Source of the DNA: an uncultured virus (IMG/VR IMGVR_UViG_3300025736_000012)
Taxonomy: Duplodnaviria > Heunggongvirae > Uroviricota > Caudoviricetes
Reading direction: 5' to 3' (one strand)
IMG/VR virus record: IMGVR_UViG_3300025736_000012
Length of the DNA: 20,000 nucleotides
Below the pieces are notes generated by a model. That model worked only from the letters and a program-made list of their open reading frames with translations, made no database searches and was not told the DNA's origin. Shown piece after piece: positions 10,087 through 17,118 of this stretch (within the stretch, counting starts at the first letter, position 1; each line of letters begins with the position of its first letter). Made by a program: the position numbers and the translations under genes.

Positions 10087-12159
10087 ATGAACCTATTGAA
10101 AAATGGAAACTTTGAGGCCGATTGGGGCAATGAAAAGAGCCACCGGTGTCTGGTTATTCCAGAAGCGCCAGCGCCGATGTATGAAAAGGATGTGGAAAAC
10201 ATACACACGCCTCCCGGTTGGCTCGTTTGGTTTCGTCATACTGGCAAATTCGCGCAGCCAGAAGTCAAAGACGCCTGGATAACTCACGATGCAAACCGTG
10301 TTCATTCTGGCAAGAAAGGAATCAAGTTCTTCACGACAGGACGTCTTCACGACGGCGGGTTTCTCCAACAGGTAAACGTGAAACTGGGTACAGAGTTGCG
10401 TTTGGCGGCTTTCGCGCACTCGTGGTCAAACCACAAAGACCCTGATATGTTTCAATGCTGGGACTGCTTTGCCAACGTTCCTATTGAAAAGGAGTTTGAC
10501 TTTGCACCTTGTCCGAAATGTGGAACGGGGATCAACCGCGATTGCCTGTTGGCATTCCCCCACCCTGATGACGGGCGCTGGAGCGAGGGCGCGGAACACG
10601 AGGCAGTCTCAATCCTCAAAGGCGAAACGGATGACGCCAACCTGTGCAACTTCACTTTCTACCTGGGGATTGATCCGACCGGTGGGACTGACCCGCTGGC
10701 CGATAGTGTAATCTGGGGGATAGGAGCGCACATCTTTAATGAATATGCATCTGTTCCACCCGTCGAGGCGGTAGCGCAAGGCGACACGGTGACGGTGTTC
10801 GTTCGCAGCGTCACTTTATATGCTTTCAAACACAATGACTTTTACCTCGACGACGTTGAACTGGTTGCACTCAACGGAGCACCACCAGCAGACCCCATTG
10901 AGTGGGATTATCCCGTCATCGAGAAGGGAGGCAAGCTGGGCGTTCACACGCTCAGGCCGAACAGGGTACAGGACTACGCTCAGATGCTCGCTGATGGCGG
11001 TGCGCGGTTTTCAGTCGTCAAAGCTGTTGACGACCTGAGCACATTGATAGCAATCAAGCAACGTCACCCCGACACGATCACGATAGGCCGGCTTACCTCA
11101 AAAGAGTGGGAGCACTGTCAAGAAGTATCAACACCGGGCGCTGACCTGGACAGGCTGGCGGACAGGTTGCTGGGCAAAATCTTGAAAAAGATCGCGTCCG
11201 ATTCCCTGCTCATCGCTGCGGTGGACTACTGGGAGATTTGCAACGAACCTGACCCACCCCACGCGGACGGCTATACCAGGCTGTCTGAGTTGATGATCAT
11301 CTGTATGGAAAAGGCCGAAAAGCACGGCCTCAAGCTCGCTATCTTTTCGCTCAATTTTGGTACACCGGAATGGGATGAGATGCAAGCGATGGTCGCTTCC
11401 GACGTATTTACCAGAGCTAGGGCGGGCGGGCACATTATGACGCTCCACGAGGGCCTTCACAGCGCCAAAGACCCGATAGACAAGTGGCACGGCAACACGA
11501 TACCGGGTAGCCCGGTAGTCGAGGGCGCTGGTTCGCTGAACTTCCGTTATCGTTACCTTTACTCACTCATTCCTGACGAACAGAAAATACCGCTTGTCGT
11601 GAGTGAGTGGTGCGGTTATGACCAGCGAGGACTATCGGCGCAGAATATCTTGGAGCGCATCGTGTGGTACGACACACTGATGAGGCGCGACTATTATGCC
11701 TGGGCCTTCTGTCCATTCACCCTCGGGCCGACCGGAGAATGGAAAACTCACGACTATGAGAAGGTTTACCCGATGGCAGTAGAGTATATGGTTAAAACGA
11801 AAGATGAACCGAACGCGCTACTGCCTACCCAGCCAGAACCACAACCGCCATCTGGACGAGGTGCACCACGTGAGCAATATGCCAGAACATACGTACTCCT
11901 ACCGCCGCCTGCCGGTGCTGCCTGGGCACACGCCGTCGTTGCCGCGACCTGGGACAACAGACGGTACACAATTGGCCCAAGCGCCGACGATGCCGGTCTC
12001 GGTGACTTGGATGTTCGCAACGTGATCGCTGTCAATCCTGGTGACTGGCCTACCGACTTACTAGAGTTCTACCGAAAATACTACCCCGGCGTCAACGTGA
12101 CGTGCATCGAGGCCAAGTCGCCACCCGAACTGCTGGCGCTGTTGTCGGAGGCGTTATGA
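10087..12159 (+). CDS. Multidomain glycoside hydrolase, putative lysin (CBM-like + Zn ribbon + GH-A TIM barrel + C-terminal binding domain)
   Basis: AAGGAG RBS. N-terminal 'NLLKNGNFE...YLDDVEL' CBM-like jelly roll. GH-A-type catalytic motifs WEICNEP and VVSEW. Pro-rich linkers and a C-terminal 'RGAPREQYARTYVLLP...SADDAG' domain. Confidence 0.7.
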   Translation: MNLLKNGNFEADWGNEKSHRCLVIPEAPAPMYEKDVENIHTPPGWLVWFRHTGKFAQPEVKDAWITHDANRVHSGKKGIKFFTTGRLHDGGFLQQVNVKLGTELRLAAFAHSWSNHKDPDMFQCWDCFANVPIEKEFDFAPCPKCGTGINRDCLLAFPHPDDGRWSEGAEHEAVSILKGETDDANLCNFTFYLGIDPTGGTDPLADSVIWGIGAHIFNEYASVPPVEAVAQGDTVTVFVRSVTLYAFKHNDFYLDDVELVALNGAPPADPIEWDYPVIEKGGKLGVHTLRPNRVQDYAQMLADGGARFSVVKAVDDLSTLIAIKQRHPDTITIGRLTSKEWEHCQEVSTPGADLDRLADRLLGKILKKIASDSLLIAAVDYWEICNEPDPPHADGYTRLSELMIICMEKAEKHGLKLAIFSLNFGTPEWDEMQAMVASDVFTRARAGGHIMTLHEGLHSAKDPIDKWHGNTIPGSPVVEGAGSLNFRYRYLYSLIPDEQKIPLVVSEWCGYDQRGLSAQNILERIVWYDTLMRRDYYAWAFCPFTLGPTGEWKTHDYEKVYPMAVEYMVKTKDEPNALLPTQPEPQPPSGRGAPREQYARTYVLLPPPAGAAWAHAVVAATWDNRRYTIGPSADDAGLGDLDVRNVIAVNPGDWPTDLLEFYRKYYPGVNVTCIEAKSPPELLALLSEAL

Positions 12160-12320
12160 GAGAAAAACTAGCAGCACACGCTCACGAAATGTGGGCGGTT
12201 AAACGCTGGCAACGGCAAATACAGACCCCGTATGCTGAATTATCAGAGACCGAAAAGGAAAGTGATCGTAAAGAGACCGACGAAATACTAGATATTTACT
12301 CACTAGCAGGTGTTCTGTGA
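12156..12320 (+). CDS. Small RyR-repeat-like protein (54 aa)
   Basis: GGAGG RBS, ATG at 12156 overlapping the upstream stop. 'LAAHAHEMW...PYAELSETEKESDR' resembles the RyR repeat consensus. Confidence 0.65.
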   Translation: MREKLAAHAHEMWAVKRWQRQIQTPYAELSETEKESDRKETDEILDIYSLAGVL

Positions 12321-13654
12321 GTAAAATTGCTCTCTTCCAACGAGACCCACGATGGCGCGACCACGACCTGGGGGAAGATCCGGGCGGCGAGACAATAGGT
12401 TCTCACGGTTGCTTGCTGACAGACCTAGCGATGATATGCCGCTTTCGCTACGGCACGGACGTGATTCCGCCCACGCTCAACGACGCGCTGGCGCTGGCCG
12501 GGACGCCGTTTGTGTATGATGATTTTCTGGACTGGGACAAACTACCTCCACTGTTCCACGGCTTCACAGAGAGTAAGTCGGTCAACCGCACCCACAGCGC
12601 CGACGAACTGAGGCGGATGCAGGCGGACGGATGGAGTGTGGTGTTGAGATATGGCAACTCTGTTCATTTCGTCTACTTGGACAGGGTAGAGGGTGGTAGG
12701 TTATGGGTGATCGATCCGTGGGACGGCCAGTATCACCGCAAGAATCCCAGCACGTATAGCGGGATTCGGGCGTTGAGGTGGGGAGAGGAGCCACGTGTCA
12801 AGATGCTCGTGGGCCTCCACGACGGCGGGACACTGTTCAACCTTGTTCATCGCAGTATCCACAAAGACCCGATCCGCTTGCACTTTGGCCCGCAGACCAT
12901 CGTCCGTTTGCAGCGAGGTTACGCCACAGGAACCGGGACGCTTCCCACGCCAGATGAACGAGACACCTGGGTAAAATCCGTGGTTCAGACGATAAAAGCA
13001 GCGCCGCCCGCGCTGTTGTGGCACATTGGGAACGAGATCAACAACCCAGGGGAGTGGCCCGGAAGTTATCCGAAACCGCGTTACGTCCTATCACCTGAAT
13101 ACTACGTACAGATTTACAATGCCATCGTGTCAGAATTGCCGGGTGTTCCATTTGCACCAGCGCCGCTCGATCCTTACAACGTCGTAGCGCAGGAATTCGG
13201 GCAGCCGGGCGACCCGCGAGATTGGGCAGAGTACATCTATCGGCACATCGTTCGAGCGGATGGCATTTGTCTTCACGCCAAGACGCAGACAAATCAACTG
13301 AGTGACATAGACGGCGACACTTCTTGGCAGGTATTCGGCGAACCCATCGCTGGCCGGTCGCAGCATCTTCGCACGATTGGCGATCAATTGGAATGGATAC
13401 CGTCACGTTTCGCAGATTTGCCCGTCTGGATAACAGAACTCAATCCTCAGTTTCGAGTACGTGATGTGGAACTTGGCTGGCTTGCGGAGAATTGGGAATG
13501 GGTACATCGGGCACGTGATTTTATCTATAATGAGTATCCGCAGGTACACGGTATTCTGTTCTATCGGCGCGATGCTGCAGGCGACCAAGCTAATTTCGGT
13601 TTGGCTCAATTCCCCGCGTTGATGGAAGCGATTGACAATTTTGTGGAGAGGTAG
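12317..13654 (+). CDS. Putative endolysin: peptidase C39-like domain fused to a GH-A-like barrel
   Basis: N-terminal 'QRDPRW...TIGSHGCLLT..AM', 'HFV' and 'IDPW' (Cys-His-Asp). C-terminal 'IGNEINNP' and 'WITELNP' Glu motifs. Confidence 0.75.
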   Translation: MSKIALFQRDPRWRDHDLGEDPGGETIGSHGCLLTDLAMICRFRYGTDVIPPTLNDALALAGTPFVYDDFLDWDKLPPLFHGFTESKSVNRTHSADELRRMQADGWSVVLRYGNSVHFVYLDRVEGGRLWVIDPWDGQYHRKNPSTYSGIRALRWGEEPRVKMLVGLHDGGTLFNLVHRSIHKDPIRLHFGPQTIVRLQRGYATGTGTLPTPDERDTWVKSVVQTIKAAPPALLWHIGNEINNPGEWPGSYPKPRYVLSPEYYVQIYNAIVSELPGVPFAPAPLDPYNVVAQEFGQPGDPRDWAEYIYRHIVRADGICLHAKTQTNQLSDIDGDTSWQVFGEPIAGRSQHLRTIGDQLEWIPSRFADLPVWITELNPQFRVRDVELGWLAENWEWVHRARDFIYNEYPQVHGILFYRRDAAGDQANFGLAQFPALMEAIDNFVER

Positions 13655-13666
13655 ACGCAAGTGTAA

Positions 13667-13713
13667 CCCATAGATGAGATTCTATGGGACTGTTCAGAGG
13701 TTTGTTCAGAGGT
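13667..13713 (+). promoter_or_regulatory. Hairpin plus tandem 11-bp direct repeat upstream of the holin-like gene
   Basis: CCCATAGA-tgagat-TCTATGGG at 13667-13688. TGTTCAGAGGT at 13691-13701 and 13703-13713. Confidence 0.4.
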
Positions 13714-13736
13714 CTACGGTACAATAGAGAGGTAGA

Positions 13737-14093
13737 ATGATGGCAGAAGATCGACTATATGGACAAATCTTGGAAGAGTTGCGGAATATCAAGGCTGATA
13801 ACAAGGAGCGCGGCAAGCGTGTAACGAGCGCCCTCTCCGGCCTGCGAGAAGAGGTGATCAAGTTGACCGGGCTTGCTGAAAGTACACAAACACGTTGCGG
13901 CGAGAACAAAGTCAGTATTGAATCGTTGGAAGATACTGTCAACGAGCACTCGCTCGCTCTCGTCAGGATTACTACCGTGTCAGGTTTTCAACAAGAAGAT
14001 TTGAAATGGATGCGTGGTAAAATCTGGTGGCTGCTGGGATTTTTCACTGCCGGGGCTGCCCTGGGCGCTTTGGCGAGCGAGTTGATACCGTGA
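13737..14093 (+). CDS. Holin-like protein (coiled coil plus one C-terminal TM helix)
   Basis: GAGAGG RBS, Met-Met start, coiled-coil N-terminus, hydrophobic 'IWWLLGFFTAGAALGALA'. Lies after the lysin genes. Confidence 0.6.
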   Translation: MMAEDRLYGQILEELRNIKADNKERGKRVTSALSGLREEVIKLTGLAESTQTRCGENKVSIESLEDTVNEHSLALVRITTVSGFQQEDLKWMRGKIWWLLGFFTAGAALGALASELIP

Positions 14094-14099
14094 AAGATT

Positions 14100-14285
14100 T
14101 CACGAACTTGGAGTTGCAATGCCTATTCCATATTCAACCTCGTCTTGAGTCATTGCATTGGATTCAGCTTTTATTCCTTCCAGGTATTCTCGCAAGGTCA
14201 CTTTATTTTTAGCTCTATAGCTCGTTACGATTTCTACCTGAGCATTGTAATTTGATACCATTTGTTCAATCAACTTATATCTCAT
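14100..14285 (-). CDS. Hypothetical protein
   Basis: 61 aa, purine-rich RBS (GAAGGTAGGAA), last gene of the - strand block. Confidence 0.6.
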   Translation of the reverse strand: MRYKLIEQMVSNYNAQVEIVTSYRAKNKVTLREYLEGIKAESNAMTQDEVEYGIGIATPSS

Positions 14286-14389
14286 TTCCTACCTTCTTTT
14301 GCGTCTACAGCTTTCAGTTTCTCAATCTCCCCTGCCGGAACTTCATCTCTGTGGCACAATGCACCAGGAGCGAGTTGGTTTTCTGTCCA

Positions 14390-14590
14390 TTAGGAAAAAT
14401 CCACCCCAGCACCCACAACTTCCTCGCAAACTGGACACCACAGAATTGTCACTGACACCTCTGCGTCGATCAATTCAAAGCCGCAGTCCTCTACCACACC
14501 AGCCTCAAAAGGCTCCGTATCTGGCGTGAACTCAACAATGTGTCGTGTAGCGGTGATCACTCTATGGCCTTTTTTGCACAAAATTGCCAT
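14390..14590 (-). CDS. Small Zn-binding-like protein, possibly extending past an in-frame TAA to 14282
   Basis: 66 aa, AGGAGGG RBS, CKKGH...CPVC motifs. Confidence 0.65.
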   Translation of the reverse strand: MAILCKKGHRVITATRHIVEFTPDTEPFEAGVVEDCGFELIDAEVSVTILWCPVCEEVVGAGVDFS

Positions 14591-14876
14591 CTTCCCTCCT
14601 GGGGCAAGTCCACTCGTGACATTCTAGCGTCATATTTATCGGATTGCTACAAGTGCCGTTTGGATGAGCAAAGCAGCAGGTTAGTTGAGCGCACATACCC
14701 CACGCTTCTATTCTGTTTTTCTCCATTGGGTCATTGCTATCCAGTGTGTCAAATACAACAAAATGCGCACTTGTTCCCGGCTTGGTATAGTAAATACTAA
14801 TACTGCCATCAGTACGCTCAAAAATGAACCAGGTTCGTTCTTTGCTATCGGTAAACATCTTCATCCCCCATTCCAA
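14562..14876 (-). CDS. Hypothetical Cys-rich protein
   Basis: ~100 aa with a C-terminal Cys cluster. Start uncertain (could be 14864 or 14858). Confidence 0.6.
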   Translation of the reverse strand: MEWGMKMFTDSKERTWFIFERTDGSISIYYTKPGTSAHFVVFDTLDSNDPMEKNRIEAWGMCAQLTCCFAHPNGTCSNPINMTLECHEWTCPRREDGNFVQKRP

Positions 14877-14894
14877 TAACCCGACGTCATCGAA

Positions 14895-15215
14895 TCATAC
14901 TGCACGCCCATCAGTGATGGCGTCACGTTCTACAAGATTCGCGGCGTAGCTGTTTAGCAACTTGCATTTGTCCAAGTTTAACCCACGAGCTAACCGAATT
15001 AAAATTGCAACTGACAAATTACTAGCTAGATCGCGCTCTATGAAAGAGAGATAGTTGCGTGAGATTCCAACTTTTTCGGCCATAACCTGTTGAGACATTT
15101 TAAGCTCTTTGCGCTTTCTTGCCACTATCTCTCCAAATGTGACGTAACGTAGCGGCCTTGATAAATGTGCAGGTGCTCTTGTAAGCCAGCTAGGCAATCG
15201 TTTTCTTGTGCTCAT
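14895..15215 (-). CDS. XRE-family helix-turn-helix regulator
   Basis: 'FGEIVARKRKELKMSQQVMAEKVGISRNYLSFIERD...NLSVAILIRLARGL' is a canonical HTH_3 pattern. GGGAGG RBS. Confidence 0.9.
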   Translation of the reverse strand: MSTRKRLPSWLTRAPAHLSRPLRYVTFGEIVARKRKELKMSQQVMAEKVGISRNYLSFIERDLASNLSVAILIRLARGLNLDKCKLLNSYAANLVERDAITDGRAV

Positions 15216-15408
15216 TCTATCCTCCCCAAAATGTGTATATCGCAGGGAATTGGTCTTTGACTATTTCCCTGTTCTTCGCCTTTCGGCATAATACTCGGCT
15301 TCACTTTGGATATAAAGTGTCACACCAAACAGAACCGAAACGTTAAACTCAAGCATCTGGTATTTTCATTCTGTATTTACCTGGGCTACCATCCCAGGAT
15401 CGGCTCTG

Positions 15409-15582
15409 TGGACTTGACGGGTCTCGAACCCGCGACTTCGTGACGGCCTACCTGAAAATTGTATCATCGTGTTTTAGCATCAACGATGACCAACTATGTA
15501 GCTTCACCTGGCCGGATTATAAGCCCGCGCCATCCACTACTATGGTTTTCGCTCACGTACTCTCCCCCTGAGTTACAAGTCC
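15409..15582 (-). tRNA. tRNA-like RNA with 109 nt in place of the anticodon loop (Ile-like body, internal UAU loop)
   Basis: Acceptor GGACTTG/CAAGTCC + A73; U8A9; D-arm ACTC-AGGGGGA-GAGT; stem CGTGA/TCACG; variable loop AAGTC; T-arm GCGGG-TTCGAGA-CCCGT. No encoded CCA. Confidence 0.8.
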
Positions 15583-15587
15583 AAGTC

Positions 15588-15811
15588 GGTTACAGAAGCG
15601 GGCCGGATTCCCCACTCGGCTCCTATGAGTTTTTACAGGCTCGCCCAACTGCTAGGCTGTGTTCTCACAGCGGACTAAACGCCCTGGAGCTGTCCTCTCT
15701 ATTCACCGCGATTTCCGCGTCTGGAACAGCCCTATACAGCAGTTCGTCTTTACACGGTCACATCTGTACACCCTTACCCGATGACACAACCACACCGCCG
15801 CTTCTGTAACC
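15588..15811 (-). ncRNA. Candidate 224-nt structured RNA domain
   Basis: Perfect 14-bp terminal stem GGTTACAGAAGCGG/CCGCTTCTGTAACC enclosing several nested helices. G-U pairs favour the - strand. Confidence 0.65.
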
Positions 15812-15899
15812 ACTCCCGCGCTGCCGTCTATTCGATGATTCTGCATTGGTCATTAGTCGCGCCTTACTGTGTTTGTGGCGTCACGTACAGGGCAGGAGT
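15812..15899 (-). ncRNA. Candidate 88-nt structured RNA domain
   Basis: Closing stem ACTCCTGC/GCGGGAGT with inner CTGT/GCAG and CGT/ACG pairs and two small hairpins. Confidence 0.45.
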
Positions 15900-15918
15900 T
15901 TATTCGATTTATAATGTA

Positions 15919-16569
15919 CTAATCCCAATAAGCTAGCGGGCTTCCCCATTCAGGATAATGCTCATCTAGCCAGAGCTTGCCGAGACTGCCAAGTGTGTTT
16001 TTTCTCTGATACCAATCTATCCATACACCTCTTTCTTTCTCAGTTGCACTACTGTGGCTCCCTTTCGGTTCTGGTTCAACTCGCTCCGGAGAAACCCAGA
16101 TTGTATTTCCGCAATCCATAACCACGCTTTGCCATTCCCCTGTCCTATAGTCTGAATGCTCCCACCCTAGAACAGGGACAACAGAATAGCTAAAGCGTTT
16201 TACCGCAGAGATATGAGCGTCGAGGTCATAGAAAGCAGCCTTGTAGAAAATGCTACCCCGTTCACGCCCTTGTTCATCAACGAGCTTTGACCACATAGAA
16301 TGATCGGTAGGGATTTTTTTCCATCCCTCTGGTAACTGGACGTTCACAAATAGATCGTCTACCGGCTCGCCATATACAATACCCATCTCCTCAAGTTCTG
16401 CGATCTTGCATCCGTTACATTTGATGGGCAATGTTTCGTTTGCCACAAAGTCACGCTGTCCACGTGCTTCCTGTGCCTCAATACCTCCAGGCGTTGAGGC
16501 GATGGCTGCATTTGCAAAATCTCCCTTCATAGCTGCTGTCAAAGCTGCTGTCAAAGCTGCCATATTCAT
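15919..16569 (-). CDS. Hypothetical phage protein
   Basis: 216 aa, AAGGAG RBS, globular composition ('GGIEAQEARGQ', 'LPEGWKK', 'IFYKAAFYD'). Confidence 0.8.
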   Translation of the reverse strand: MNMAALTAALTAAMKGDFANAAIASTPGGIEAQEARGQRDFVANETLPIKCNGCKIAELEEMGIVYGEPVDDLFVNVQLPEGWKKIPTDHSMWSKLVDEQGRERGSIFYKAAFYDLDAHISAVKRFSYSVVPVLGWEHSDYRTGEWQSVVMDCGNTIWVSPERVEPEPKGSHSSATEKERGVWIDWYQRKNTLGSLGKLWLDEHYPEWGSPLAYWD

Positions 16570-16596
16570 TTTGTCTTTCTCCTTTTCAGACTATCG

Positions 16597-16693
16597 GCTT
16601 CATCGCCGCTGCCGGGCAGCGTTGCCCCGGAATCCGTAAGTTCGCCTGGATGCACGTGAGTGCTACAACGCGGCCCGGCAGCGATTATGAAGC
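16597..16693. ncRNA. 97-nt intergenic long stem with branched cap
   Basis: GCTTCAT/ATGAAGC, CGCTGCCGGGC/GCCCGGCAGCG (11 bp) and GCGTTG/CAACGC stems. Confidence 0.5.
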
Positions 16694-17097
16694 TAATCAT
16701 CCAATACAATCTGCACCAGATCGGCAATCTCGCTTAACTTGGCTTCCATTTTCTCGATAACTGCTACTGCCATCTTGTGAATATCAGGATTATACGACAC
16801 GAGCAAATGAGAATTATCAGTAGCCAACTTGTGGATTCTGTTCAAAAGCTCTTCTCGATTTATTGTCATTTCTCCTCCTTGTAAATCGGGCTTCATCGCC
16901 ATCAGGGCGTGTCTTGCACCGTCCAATGCAAACCCTTGATGCTGTATCATATCAGATAACTCCATAGTCTGTCCCCATCGCCATCTGCAATCAGGACACT
17001 CAACCTGAATATCAATTTCGCCATCGTCGTCAAGCCACGCCTGGATAATCAATTCTTGTGCATCCTCTTTTCTTGTATCACATTTTGGACAGTACAT
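16693..17097 (-). CDS. Zn-finger-like hypothetical protein with a strong in-frame internal start at 16870
   Basis: CPKC...CPDC motifs. Internal AAGGAGGAGAA-ATG precedes MTINREELL. Confidence 0.7.
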   Translation of the reverse strand: MYCPKCDTRKEDAQELIIQAWLDDDGEIDIQVECPDCRWRWGQTMELSDMIQHQGFALDGARHALMAMKPDLQGGEMTINREELLNRIHKLATDNSHLLVSYNPDIHKMAVAVIEKMEAKLSEIADLVQIVLDD

Positions 17098-17118
17098 ACC
17101 CCCCCTTTTTTGTTAAAG

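Noticed and set aside
304..13949. Numerous - strand and alternate-frame ORFs within the late operon
   Set aside because: Shadow ORFs overlapping well-supported coupled + strand genes.
15444..15552. Group I intron or canonical BHB intron in the tRNA; alternative GAA (Phe) or TCA (opal suppressor) anticodon
   Set aside because: Too short, with no P7 core. The best BHB-like fold is 4-3-4 and would not yield a normal loop. GC-GAA-AA lacks U33, and the TT-TCA-GG segment has no flanking stem.
15409..15582. tmRNA interpretation (insert begins with a frame reading AKTIVVDGAGL*)
   Set aside because: A3:U70 rather than G3:U70, a full D stem is present, it is only 174 nt, and the peptide starts directly at the stem and lacks an Ala-Ala end.
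15459..15809. 116-aa + strand ORF
   Set aside because: Antisense to the gene block, TTG start without a clear RBS, Ser/Pro/Leu-rich, and overlaps the structured RNAs.
15812..15899. Hammerhead or twister ribozyme
   Set aside because: CTAATGA deviates from CUGANGA, with no matching stem II/GAAA. The twister core motifs do not line up.
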